Source: a virus (lineage: Duplodnaviria > Caudoviricetes). Taken from it: a DNA stretch of 46,353 bases. The stretch is from positions 1-46,353 of IMG/VR virus record IMGVR_UViG_3300031965_000053; one strand, given 5' to 3'. The notes beneath the pieces were generated by a model that ran no database searches, was not told the DNA's origin, and saw only the letters and a program-made list of their open reading frames with translations. This document shows, piece by piece, positions 19,799 to 28,741 of the stretch. The position numbers were made by a program, and so were the translations under genes. Positions within the stretch are counted from its first letter, which is position 1. Each line of letters starts with the position of its first letter.

Positions 19799-19848
19799 GC
19801 AGCGGAGGCGCTACGGATTTTTGAATATTCCATAGCGCCCCCGACTGC
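19799..19848 (-). terminator. Strong stem-loop just after the MCP stop (terminator or mRNA-processing/stability hairpin)
   Basis: GGGGGCGCTATGGA / TCCGTAGCGCCTCC arms on the minus strand; only a weak U-tract. Confidence 0.5.
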
Positions 19849-19855
19849 CGCTGAA

Positions 19856-20803
19856 CTACTGCGTGATGTTCGCGACGTACGAGGTCGCGGACCCGCCGGC
19901 CTTCGCGGTCCGGTAGGTCAGGGTGCACTGTCCGGTCTCCTGGAACCGGTTCGAGAAGCCCGCGCGCGACAGCTGCTCGAAAGTCGGCAGCTTGAACCAC
20001 GAGACCTTGAACATCTCCCGATCCAAGTAGATCACCGAGTTGCCCTGCGCGGTGACCGTCGCCGACTGCGGAACGTCCTCGCTGTACACGACGTCGACAT
20101 CCCCGAAGTCACTCGAGTGCCGCTCGACCACGAGGAGCTGCATGCGAGCAGAAGCCTCGATGTTGCGCGTGACCTTCGTCGAAAACTCCGAGATCGTGCG
20201 CTTCAGGCGCGCGCCGACGATCGCGGTGTTGATGTGCACGTCGTACTTGTTGTCCGGGAACACCTGGAGGTGGTCCACGAGAACGCGCTCGGTGTAGGTC
20301 GTGCCCGAGCTATCGGTCGTGGTGACCGTGCCCGTGAAGATGTTCAGCAGGCCCTGAAGCTGCCGCGCCGTGCCGGACGTGCCCGTGACCGCCGAGCCGC
20401 GGATGACCGCGAGCTCGATGTCGTTGAGCAGGTGCTGCATCTGCTTCGCCGCCTGGTACGAGAACGGGTCGCGCGTGTAGTGCGCCGTATCCCGCTGCTC
20501 GTCGGACACCTGCCCCCAGCGCGCGAACCGCTGGACGATGAACTGCAAGCGAACCGGCTGGGTCAGGTCCGGAGCGGTGAAGTCCGCCCCCTCCTGGACC
20601 GCATTGTGCGCGCGCGCCTCAAGCGTGTCCTCGAGCCGCTCGAAAAACAGGGCCTCGGCGGCCTCCGTCCCGAGCAGCGCCTGGACCGGGCGCCGCGCGC
20701 TGACGACGTTCACAACGTCGCCCATAACGATCTCGCGGAGCGTCTGCGCGCCCTGTCCGGGCCCGCCCGCTGCGATCTCGTCGTAAGTTACCAGAGTAGC
20801 CAT
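19856..20803 (-). CDS. Major capsid protein (SU10-type/DUF5309-like), 315 aa
   Basis: YQAAKQMQHLLNDIELAVIRG, RQLQGL and HSSDFGDV motifs; follows the scaffold; AAGGAG RBS. Confidence 0.92.
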   Translation of the reverse strand: MATLVTYDEIAAGGPGQGAQTLREIVMGDVVNVVSARRPVQALLGTEAAEALFFERLEDTLEARAHNAVQEGADFTAPDLTQPVRLQFIVQRFARWGQVSDEQRDTAHYTRDPFSYQAAKQMQHLLNDIELAVIRGSAVTGTSGTARQLQGLLNIFTGTVTTTDSSGTTYTERVLVDHLQVFPDNKYDVHINTAIVGARLKRTISEFSTKVTRNIEASARMQLLVVERHSSDFGDVDVVYSEDVPQSATVTAQGNSVIYLDREMFKVSWFKLPTFEQLSRAGFSNRFQETGQCTLTYRTAKAGGSATSYVANITQ

Positions 20804-20821
20804 TTTCTCTCCTTGGTGGGC

Positions 20822-21628
20822 TTAGGACCAGTCAGTGTCGTCCTTCTGTTCCCCACCCAATTGTCGAGTGATGTCGGTGGCGAGGCTGAGCTTGATCAGC
20901 TCCGCGAACCCCGATTCGTCGAGGCCGCGCTCGGCACCCGCAGCCGCGAGAGACTTCTGCTTCTCTACGGCCGTTTCGAACGAGCCCTCCGTCGGTGCGC
21001 TTGCGAACTGCCGCGGTGCGCGGCTCGGCGTGACGGAGGCCTGCACCTTGCGAGCGGAAACGTCCGCGCGTTCGGTGCGGTGGCCAGCCAGGACCCCGCG
21101 CGCCACGAGCGCGGCCACATACGGGCCGTCCTCGAGCTCTTGTAGGTCGGGCCGACCGTCCCAAATACGCTCGAACACCTGAAACTCGGTGCTCGAGTGG
21201 TCGCGCAGCGCGGCCAGCTCCTTGGTCGCCTTCGCCATCGACGCCGCGTGAGCGCGCTGAAGCGCAGTTCGGGCATCGTGGTTCTCGAGGCGGTCGACTA
21301 CAGGCTTCAGGGCCTGGCCGACGATGCCCGCAATCAGTCCCGAAAGGGACGCGGCATCCAGTGGGGCAGCGGTTGCGGTCGTCACACCGGCCTGTCCAAC
21401 GAACGGGTTTCCCGGGGACACCGTGGGCGTCGCTGCGGGCGGTCGGGACACAAACTGGTTCAACGTCGCAGCGATCTGCGAGACCTGGGTAGTCAGTGCT
21501 TGGTTGTCCGCCAGCAGGCGCTGGACGGAATCGTCGCGAGAGGTGTTCGACTGAACGAGCGCAGCGATGCGCTGCTCCAAAGTCGGACTCTCGGCGGGCT
21601 TCTTCGGGGCGACGGGATCAGGGGGCAT
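20822..21628 (-). CDS. Capsid scaffolding protein, 268 aa
   Basis: Helical, Pro/Ala-rich ORF between portal and MCP. Confidence 0.75.
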   Translation of the reverse strand: MPPDPVAPKKPAESPTLEQRIAALVQSNTSRDDSVQRLLADNQALTTQVSQIAATLNQFVSRPPAATPTVSPGNPFVGQAGVTTATAAPLDAASLSGLIAGIVGQALKPVVDRLENHDARTALQRAHAASMAKATKELAALRDHSSTEFQVFERIWDGRPDLQELEDGPYVAALVARGVLAGHRTERADVSARKVQASVTPSRAPRQFASAPTEGSFETAVEKQKSLAAAGAERGLDESGFAELIKLSLATDITRQLGGEQKDDTDWS

Positions 21629-21857
21629 TTTTACTCTTTCTGTGAGCGAGCGAGACTGAGTTCGTAATCACACGGCGCAGTCTGCGCAGTTCCTTGAAGC
21701 GGTCCACCAGCAGTGCGGCCTCTTGTACCGCATCCGTGGGGAGGTTTTCCATCTGTCCGAGGAGGGCGCGCTCCTCTTCATCAAGCAGGCCGGTGAGGCC
21801 GGAAAAGTCCGGGAATGTGCTAAGGCGGGCGAGGGACTCGAGGTGCCCGTTGTTCAA
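21618..21857 (-). CDS. Small helical protein between portal and scaffold, 79 aa
   Basis: TTG overlapping the portal stop (TTGA); a small gene is common at this position in podoviruses. Confidence 0.6.
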   Translation of the reverse strand: MNNGHLESLARLSTFPDFSGLTGLLDEEERALLGQMENLPTDAVQEAALLVDRFKELRRLRRVITNSVSLAHRKSKNAP

Positions 21858-23857
21858 AATTGCGGAAGCTCTGCGGAAGCCCCTCCTTGCGCCGACGCGA
21901 TCTGCGCCGCCTGCATGACGAGCTGCGCCTGCGCGGTCTGCTCCGGGGAGCGGACCACCGACTCGGCGAGCTTCGGGTCGATGAGCTGTACCCACTTCCG
22001 CAACAGCGCGGAGCGGTCGAAAATCCCACTTTGGTCTTGCAGGATCAGCGGCAAAATGCGCTCGATGTTGCCGAGGATGAACGCCCTGTTCGTGGACGAG
22101 GGCGTACCTGCCGGCTTCAAGTCGAAGTGTTTGCCGATCTCTGCCTTTCTCGCAAGGCGTGGCTTTTCGTCCCCAGTCACCCGGAAGTATTCCTCCTCGG
22201 GGCCGAGATCGAGCCAAATAGACCAGAGGTTTGACAGCGTGCGGCCGAACGCAACCTGGAACATGCGGGCATCCAGTCCGAACACGTTCGCGGCGAGCTG
22301 CGTGATCGCGTTCACCTCGGACGCGGTGCGGCGCTCTCGGCCAGCTGAAAGGTTGGTGATCGTCGCGTCGAAAGTTCCAATGTAACTTTCGGCAATTCGT
22401 TGGGTCTGGTTCTCCTCAATCAGAAGCTGGCTGAGCGGCCGCAGGTCCACCTGAACCTGCCCGAACGCGCCGCGACGGTGAACCGGGAACACGGCTCCCG
22501 GCCGCCACTGCGGCATGGTGTCGAAGTCCAACCCCGCGAGCTCGTACTCCAGCGGAGGGTTGAGGAGGAGCTGCCCCAAGTCGACGCGCATGTTGTGGTG
22601 CGAATTCATGAGGCGCTGTAGGTCGTACAGCAGCTCCGGGATTCCGCGCGACTCGATCGGGCGCTCAGCGTGGGCCTCGAACTGGTACAGCGTCACGGGC
22701 CAGCTCGTGATGCTCAAGGAAAAAGGCTGCAAGGACAGGACGGTCTTGGTGGCGGGCGCGTACCAAAGGACCACGCGGTCCTTGACGCCGTCGCCGTCCA
22801 CGTCGACTCGCGCGAATATTTCCCAAATAGAGGCGGTGGGGACGCCGGCGTCCTTGCGCGAGAGCTTGTCCAAGCCTGCGCGCTGGTTGCGCATTAGGCG
22901 GATCTGCTCCCGCAGGCCGTCGGACGTGTCGCCCGCGAGCTCGTTGCCCGCCTGCTTCTGAATGTTCTCTTGTACGGCGCGCGCCTGCTGGGGCACAAAC
23001 TTGCCGTCGCGCACCATGCGCGCAATGGCGTCGGAGGACAGGTGGTGGACGATCACGAAGAACTCGCCGTCTTGCACGTCCTGGTCCTGGTCCGCGATGA
23101 CGTTGATCGGGTCAAGCGCGATCATCTCGGGGCGGTCTTCGATCACCTCGCGGTACCGAATGCGAACGTACTCGCGCCCCTCCAGAATACCGCGGGCCGC
23201 AGCCAGCAGCTCGGGGCCCTCCGCGTCAGAGGCTACCTCGAGGGGGTACTCGGACTCCAGAACGCGCACGATTTCGTCCACCGGGTCAAACGAGCGCTGC
23301 TCCTGCTCGGCCGCCTGGCGCCGACTCTCGAGCCACTGCTGGACCGTCGGGGGGAAAAGCTCTTGCACCCGGACGGTACGGACGGTAAAGTCCGTCTCGT
23401 AACGCCAGCCCTCCCGCGTGTAGGCGTGGCCGCGACGGGCGTACAGGTCCACCAGCCTCAGGATTTCCTTGGCGGAGTTCATCTTCTCGGTGAACTTCCA
23501 GTGCCAGTACGGCTCGGCCTTTCGCGCAGCGTCATCGTCGCGCTCATCGGCGCTGGTGAACGTCGCGACCGGGGAAGCGTCAAGGACGAGCGAACTGATG
23601 CCGGGCCGGAAACGGCGCACGATGCCGTCAATCAGCGGAATGCTGATGTTGCTGGCGTCGGGCCAAGGGAACTCGCGCTTGCGGCGCGGGCCGTACTGGA
23701 GCTTGATGAGCTTCTGCTGCTTGCGCAACCAGGGCGCGTTCGCCTTGTCGGTCTGCTCGATCTGCCGCACGAGCGCCGCGACCTGCTCGAGGACGGGCGG
23801 GGTGCGCAGCTCTCCGATGGCCTGCAATCCGATCGGGTTACCCCGGGACAGTGGCAT
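21854..23857 (-). CDS. Portal protein, 667 aa
   Basis: FPWPDASNISIP, SRGIPELLYDLQRLMN, WRPGAVF and RRTASEV are P22/SU10-type portal motifs. Confidence 0.93.
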   Translation of the reverse strand: MPLSRGNPIGLQAIGELRTPPVLEQVAALVRQIEQTDKANAPWLRKQQKLIKLQYGPRRKREFPWPDASNISIPLIDGIVRRFRPGISSLVLDASPVATFTSADERDDDAARKAEPYWHWKFTEKMNSAKEILRLVDLYARRGHAYTREGWRYETDFTVRTVRVQELFPPTVQQWLESRRQAAEQEQRSFDPVDEIVRVLESEYPLEVASDAEGPELLAAARGILEGREYVRIRYREVIEDRPEMIALDPINVIADQDQDVQDGEFFVIVHHLSSDAIARMVRDGKFVPQQARAVQENIQKQAGNELAGDTSDGLREQIRLMRNQRAGLDKLSRKDAGVPTASIWEIFARVDVDGDGVKDRVVLWYAPATKTVLSLQPFSLSITSWPVTLYQFEAHAERPIESRGIPELLYDLQRLMNSHHNMRVDLGQLLLNPPLEYELAGLDFDTMPQWRPGAVFPVHRRGAFGQVQVDLRPLSQLLIEENQTQRIAESYIGTFDATITNLSAGRERRTASEVNAITQLAANVFGLDARMFQVAFGRTLSNLWSIWLDLGPEEEYFRVTGDEKPRLARKAEIGKHFDLKPAGTPSSTNRAFILGNIERILPLILQDQSGIFDRSALLRKWVQLIDPKLAESVVRSPEQTAQAQLVMQAAQIASAQGGASAELPQF

Positions 23858-24548
23858 TCACAGGCTCCTTCAGCAGGGCGAGGGTGTGGGCGTCTACCTT
23901 CCCGGAGCGAAACGCTCGACGGGCGGAGCAGAGGCGCTCTTCCCTGGTTCGGTATCCGACGTTGGTCGCAGGGGCGGACAGTCGCGCCCATTTTCCATTC
24001 AGCACAATGTGCTCGGGGGCGTGGACCATCAGGCCGCTGGCGTTGAAGCCGGCCCCGAGGCCGGGCTGGCAGCGCCAGACGAAGTGTCGGACGTGTTCCG
24101 GAATACTGGGGTTGGTTTCCTGGTCTTCTGTGGGGAAAGCCGAAGCAAGAAGCGTGCCATCGAGGTCGTCGGGCCAGTCTCGCAACAGGGCCGCGACCTC
24201 CGAAACCAGAGCGGGCGACAGGATCTCGTCATCCTCCAACAGTACCCCGAAGTCGGGCTCGGTCGGGAAGCGGGCGCGGGACCAGTGTGCCGCGAGGTCC
24301 TCCATGAAGTGCTCTCCGGTCTCGTCGACCAGCGGGCGCAAGGCGGACAGGGCGCACCATTCTCCGAGCCGCGAAAGGGCTGCGCCGGCGCGATGACGAA
24401 GCGCTTTCGCCGAGCGGTCGAACTGCACGACCACTCGTAGGCGAACTGCCTCGCGCAGCGCCGATAGGGCTTGCTCAATGTATTGCAGGCAGTCGTCGCG
24501 CGCGTGCAAGCGCAGCAGAACGGCGAGCAGTGGGCGGGCTTTGCTCAT
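23838..24548 (-). CDS. GT-A fold glycosyltransferase-like protein, 236 aa
   Basis: VVVQFDRS and FGVLLEDDEIL resemble the GT2 DxD region; late VHAP..NVGY motif. Confidence 0.6.
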   Translation of the reverse strand: MSKARPLLAVLLRLHARDDCLQYIEQALSALREAVRLRVVVQFDRSAKALRHRAGAALSRLGEWCALSALRPLVDETGEHFMEDLAAHWSRARFPTEPDFGVLLEDDEILSPALVSEVAALLRDWPDDLDGTLLASAFPTEDQETNPSIPEHVRHFVWRCQPGLGAGFNASGLMVHAPEHIVLNGKWARLSAPATNVGYRTREERLCSARRAFRSGKVDAHTLALLKEPVNATVPG

Positions 24549-25222
24549 GCGGGTTCCTTGTAAACCTCTCGAAAGCGCTGTGGGGCCCGGGCAATCCAGC
24601 GGTCAACGCGGGCATCGTGCTTCGCTTGGACGTCCCCAAGCGAAATGCCCGAAACACGCCGCTCGGGCGGGTCGTGAAGGTGACGAGACCAGAACAAATG
24701 GACGCCGACGGGGTACTCGATGCCATAGTGCGCAGGATATCCGTCCTCGCCGGGCATCAGGATCAGGCGTTGTGGCGCGATTTGGTTCTGTAGTCTGTTT
24801 CCGGGGTCGGGTCCGCTGAAGTCCAGGCTGGATAGGTCGTCGAGGTGTGTGTTGAAAGCCAGGTACCAACCACCGACGATACCGCGATCGTTGTCGAGCA
24901 TTCGAAACGCACCGCGCATGCGGTACGAGCAGGCTACCAGGTGCGCCCCGGACAGAGTGTGCTCTGCGCTGCACCAGTCCGAGTCGAGGTTCGGTAGGAA
25001 ATCCTCTTCGGTAAGGAGCAGTATGGGCGCGGTCGCGGGAATCAGGGTCGCGGCTTCCAGGAACTGCCGGTGTCCGCCCCGGTCGGCCTGCGGCTCAATG
25101 CGGACCTGGGGCTCGCAGGCCGCGATGGCGCGCCAAATTGCGCGGAGGCGCAGGTGGCGAGGGCCGTTGCCGTGCTCGGCGAACCGAACTACCGCAGTGG
25201 GGGCCGGGCTCACAGCGGCCAC
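24545..25222 (-). CDS. GT-A fold glycosyltransferase-like protein, 225 aa
   Basis: ILLLTEEDFLP (ExD), GGWYLAF, DPG and GVHLFWSRH motifs. Confidence 0.55.
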   Translation of the reverse strand: MAAVSPAPTAVVRFAEHGNGPRHLRLRAIWRAIAACEPQVRIEPQADRGGHRQFLEAATLIPATAPILLLTEEDFLPNLDSDWCSAEHTLSGAHLVACSYRMRGAFRMLDNDRGIVGGWYLAFNTHLDDLSSLDFSGPDPGNRLQNQIAPQRLILMPGEDGYPAHYGIEYPVGVHLFWSRHLHDPPERRVSGISLGDVQAKHDARVDRWIARAPQRFREVYKEPA

Positions 25223-25407
25223 AAGTCGTCGGTGTCGCGATCGGGAAACGGACCCACGATGGGGATGTCGGCAACGTTCTCGATCGTAATCTCAGGCGTA
25301 GTCTCTGAGACAAGCCGTTCGGGGGGGCCGTCCGGGTTCCGGAAGTCGAGATACCTCACGATGAAGTTCTCCCAAACTTCCAGGATTTCGTGCGCGTACT
25401 TACTCAT
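25210..25407 (-). CDS. Small acidic hypothetical protein, 65 aa
   Basis: ATG at 25407 in an ATGA overlap (MSKYAHEILEVWENF). Confidence 0.6.
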   Translation of the reverse strand: MSKYAHEILEVWENFIVRYLDFRNPDGPPERLVSETTPEITIENVADIPIVGPFPDRDTDDLWPL

Positions 25408-25706
25408 GGCCGCACCGCAGACTTGCGAACAGCCGCCGCCGCGCGCCGGCGGTTCCACTCCGCGAACCCCGCAGCCAGCAGGCCCGCGATGCCGATGACG
25501 GCTCCGGGAACGCTCGTCGGGGGGTTCTCCACCAACTTGGCGCCCTGCTCCGCGGCCACATCGAGGGCGTCGCCGAGGGGGCTGCCGACTACGACAGGCG
25601 CAGTCTCGCCAGGGCCAGGTGGAAGGATGTCGGGCTCCAGCGCCGCGCACCCGGAAACGAGTGCGAGGGCCAGCGCAACGAAAACGACGCGGGGTACAGC
25701 GCTCAT
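25404..25706 (-). CDS. Lipoprotein with C-terminal transmembrane helix, 100 aa
   Basis: Signal peptide with lipobox VSGC; C-terminal GAVIGIAGLLAAGFA followed by RRR. Confidence 0.7.
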   Translation of the reverse strand: MSAVPRVVFVALALALVSGCAALEPDILPPGPGETAPVVVGSPLGDALDVAAEQGAKLVENPPTSVPGAVIGIAGLLAAGFAEWNRRRAAAAVRKSAVRP

Positions 25707-27319
25707 AGGTCCGCCAAATCGTAGTTGTTCTCAACACGGAGGGAGTCAGAACGGGCAGCCCCCCACACATTACCGTTCGCAAACCCCGTCGGCTCGGCCG
25801 GCAAAACGAGGTAACGGAGGGTGTCGATGGGGTCCTTGAAGGCTTCGAGGGTCTTTTCGTCCAGGACGGCATCGTCGCGCGCCTGCGGGGGCACGAAGGA
25901 GTAGTTCTGCATGGCCTCAATCAGGTTGCGGCAGTTGCGGCAGATCAGCAGACGGGGCGGGACCAGAACCTCGCCGGTGTGCGGGTCCCGTTCGGTGCGC
26001 AGCAGGTCGCGCACCCGCACAATTCCCGTCTCGATGCGCCCGGACCCGTCAATATCGGGCGAGAAGTACATGCGGTAGCGCGCGAAATTTTCGATCACAG
26101 ACGTGAGGCGGCGCCCTTGAACGCTGTACTCGGCCGGCCCGAATTTCGGGTCGATGAACCGCTGCCGGACGCGCCGATCGCCCTCGGACGCCACGATCAT
26201 CGAAACGTAGTCCACGATGCCGTAGGACGAGGAGCGCATTTTGATGTAGGACTCGCGGGGCCATTCGTCGTAAATTATCCAGGTACGACGAACGGGGTCG
26301 AAGGCGCCCCACAGGAAGAAGAACGGGCGGCGGTTCGCGGGGTCGCAGGCGAGCCGCGCGGGCCAGTGGAGCGGCGGCTTGATCGGGTCGATGATGTGCG
26401 CCGCGGGGTCGAACGTCGGGAAGGCGCGGTGCGTCAGGAACCCCCAGCGCCCGAACTTGCGGGCCTCGAGCTCCTCCTGTGAAAACTCGATCGTGTCCTC
26501 GAAGCCCTCGAGCGCGGCCTCCATGAGGTGGGGGTTCTCGGACTGCGCGCCCGAAACCGCGCGCACGTCGCGCCGCTGCCCGGAGACGAATTCCTTGTAG
26601 ACCCAGGGCGCGTGGGCGCCGAGTGGGGTAAAGCCCATGACGAAGCGGCCGAATTGGTCGATGAGGCCGCGCCAGCACGCCGTGAAGACTGCCCGGGAAG
26701 GCGGCTCGTCGAAGATCACGAGCGAGTAGGCGTCGCCCTCGAAGGCCATGCTGCCCTGCTCAATTGAACCGAAACGCGAGACGGAGCCGTACTCGTCGGT
26801 GCAGTGGATGGGGGTGGAGCCGGGGCCGCGCCGGACCGACAGGCGCGAGCGCGCAGCAGCGGGGCACGCGTGCTCGAACTTCGGCCAGTAGATCGCGCCG
26901 ATTCCGCGGTCCATCGTCAGGCCGCTGACCACCAGAATGTTAGCGGGATGTGCGGTGGGAAGATCGTCGGGGCGCCGCGTCCAGGCCTCGACGGGGATCT
27001 GGTCTCGGTGGGGGTAGTATCCCGTATCCGTGAGAACGCGCAGTTCGGGCGGAACGAGGTGGGGCCAGTAGCCGAGGAGGTGGGACCAGTGGATGTAGGC
27101 GTTCCACCAGGTCTTGCCCCAGCGGTTCCCCGCGATCGCTAACACCCCGCGTACATCGGGCTGGCGGAGCGCGTTGATGCCCTCGAGCTGTCCGCGGTGG
27201 GGCTCGGCGTAAAAGAGCGGGGCCGCGGTGCGACGGCGGCGCTGCTCCCGAATCGCGGAGTATTTGGTCTCGAGGGAGAGGCGGGTTTCGCGCGCTTGGC
27301 TTTCGCTCACAGGTGCCAC
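25703..27319 (-). CDS. terL: Terminase large subunit, 538 aa
   Basis: Walker A AGNRWGKT, Walker B LVIFDEPP, motif III GFTP, ENPHL, nuclease residues ACDPA, FIDP and DPIDTLRY. Confidence 0.96.
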   Translation of the reverse strand: MAPVSESQARETRLSLETKYSAIREQRRRRTAAPLFYAEPHRGQLEGINALRQPDVRGVLAIAGNRWGKTWWNAYIHWSHLLGYWPHLVPPELRVLTDTGYYPHRDQIPVEAWTRRPDDLPTAHPANILVVSGLTMDRGIGAIYWPKFEHACPAAARSRLSVRRGPGSTPIHCTDEYGSVSRFGSIEQGSMAFEGDAYSLVIFDEPPSRAVFTACWRGLIDQFGRFVMGFTPLGAHAPWVYKEFVSGQRRDVRAVSGAQSENPHLMEAALEGFEDTIEFSQEELEARKFGRWGFLTHRAFPTFDPAAHIIDPIKPPLHWPARLACDPANRRPFFFLWGAFDPVRRTWIIYDEWPRESYIKMRSSSYGIVDYVSMIVASEGDRRVRQRFIDPKFGPAEYSVQGRRLTSVIENFARYRMYFSPDIDGSGRIETGIVRVRDLLRTERDPHTGEVLVPPRLLICRNCRNLIEAMQNYSFVPPQARDDAVLDEKTLEAFKDPIDTLRYLVLPAEPTGFANGNVWGAARSDSLRVENNYDLADL

Positions 27320-27864
27320 CTCGCCAGACGCGCCAGGTTCGCCGTGGCTGCGCGCGAGGGTAGTGTGGCTACCCCCCTCGCCAAAGCCCCCCGATCGTTC
27401 CGGGGCGGGGCCTTTCCGGCCCGCAGGCGGGCAACCTCAGCGCGCAGGTTGGTCAGCTCGAGGGACGCGGATTGGTTTTCGGCGTACGAGACGGCCTGTA
27501 AATTTTCGACGCGGTTGTCGCCGGGGTCGTGGTTTCTGTGGTGCACAACCTGGTCGGGTCCCAGCGGGCCCACAAAGGTCTCGTACACAATTCGATGAAT
27601 GCTCGTTTTGAAGGCGCCCAGGTGGCCGCGCTGCCCGCCCGTGGCCCGCACGGGGCCGGGCGGAGACAGGGCCAGGTGGGGCCTGCCGGGGCCCATGCGC
27701 ACAAAGGCGGACCCCAAATTGTACAGGCGGCCGAGGCTGGACACCAGGACGTGGGGGCGCGCCGGCCAGCAGGCCCAGCGCTCCCCCGAAATGGGCGCGA
27801 GGGGCGCGGTCGCCCTCCCCCCCAGACCCCCCCACTCCGCAAGGTTCGTACTGAAATTTTTCAT
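27307..27864 (-). CDS. HNH endonuclease (NUMOD4-like + HNH_3), 185 aa
   Basis: VSSLGRL; IHRIVYETFVGP..VHHRNHDPGDNRVENLQAVSYAEN. Confidence 0.92.
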   Translation of the reverse strand: MKNFSTNLAEWGGLGGRATAPLAPISGERWACWPARPHVLVSSLGRLYNLGSAFVRMGPGRPHLALSPPGPVRATGGQRGHLGAFKTSIHRIVYETFVGPLGPDQVVHHRNHDPGDNRVENLQAVSYAENQSASLELTNLRAEVARLRAGKAPPRNDRGALARGVATLPSRAATANLARLARWHL

Positions 27865-27876
27865 GAGGTATGCGGT

Positions 27877-27930
27877 TCCCTACTCTTATAACATAGATAA
27901 CATCTAACTTTTCTATGAGGTCTTGGAATC
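27877..27930 (-). promoter_or_regulatory. AT-rich 54-bp dyad element, copy A (upstream of HNH-terL)
   Basis: Minus strand GATTCCAAGACCTCATAGAAAAGTTAGATGTTATCTATGTTATAAGAGTAGGGA; 42/54 identical to 35929-35982. Confidence 0.7.
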
Positions 27931-27969
27931 TGAGACTAACCTTTCCCAAATCTCTGGGTCTGTGGCACT

Positions 27970-28146
27970 GTCCGGGTCGGTCCAGATGTTCTCATGGGGC
28001 TGAGCGGTCCGGGTCGGTCTGTGTACGGCCTTGTCGGTACGTGACAGTTCGCGCGGTACACATATGTGGGGCAGGGGTGCAGTCGACCTGCACATGCATG
28101 GGCGGTACGTGCCTGTTCGTTCCGGTACCGGTACCGGTACATGTAC
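27970..28146. repeat. Palindrome-rich, GTAC-rich non-coding tract with a 13-bp direct repeat
   Basis: GTCCGGGTCGGTC at 27970 and 28007; eight GTAC; (CCGGTA)x3; palindromes CACATATGTG, CATGCATG and GTACATGTAC. Confidence 0.7.
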
Positions 28147-28156
28147 ACTGTCCTCC

Positions 28157-28741
28157 TCACGTCCGCGACTCCGCCTCGACCAGGCGTTCGAGGTCCGCGT
28201 CCGAGAGCTTCGTGACGTCGATCGCACCGGGCTGGTGCGCGTGCAGGTGCAGGTGCGTGGCCGCCAATTTGTCGAACCGCTCCATCAAAAGTCGGGCCGC
28301 GGGCACGTTGCCCCCCAGGGCGCGCGCGAGCATGGAGGCGTGGACCAGCCCGATGGTCTGCCGGACCGCGTGCGTCAGCTCTCGGCTGATCCAGGCCGCG
28401 CGCACCGGGTCGCGCAGGCGCTTGCTGACCGTGGGCGCGCTGACCTCCACCGATTCTGCCACGGCTTTCCCGCTCACGCAACCCAAAAGCATCGCCTGGA
28501 CCATTTGCACGTCGAGGTCGTCGGGCACGAAGGCCCGCACGTCGTCCTCGCGCGCGCGCACGGCACGGTCCGCCAGACCCAGAACCAGCGCGCTCGGGGC
28601 GCTGCGCACCGGCTCCTTTGGGGCGGGCGGGGGCGGCAGGGCTGTGGCGTCGGGGCCCGTGCCCTCGCGCACCTTGGGCGGGCGTCCGCGGCCTCGGCGG
28701 GGCGCGGGCGGGTCGGGGATTTCGCTTGCTTCGGTGGTCAC
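28157..28741 (-). CDS. terS: Terminase small subunit (putative), 194 aa
   Basis: AT-hook RGRGRPPK, HTH-like segment (GKAVAESVEVSAPTVSKRL), GNVPAARLLME and DVTKLSDADL; upstream of terL. Confidence 0.75.
   Translation of the reverse strand: MTTEASEIPDPPAPRRGRGRPPKVREGTGPDATALPPPPAPKEPVRSAPSALVLGLADRAVRAREDDVRAFVPDDLDVQMVQAMLLGCVSGKAVAESVEVSAPTVSKRLRDPVRAAWISRELTHAVRQTIGLVHASMLARALGGNVPAARLLMERFDKLAATHLHLHAHQPGAIDVTKLSDADLERLVEAESRT

Noticed and set aside
19602-20000. T7 gp10B-style -1 frameshift extension of the capsid protein
   Set aside because: The -1 frame is open, but there is no X XXY YYZ slippery heptamer at the MCP 3' end and the 58-aa ORF has its own RBS and ATG.
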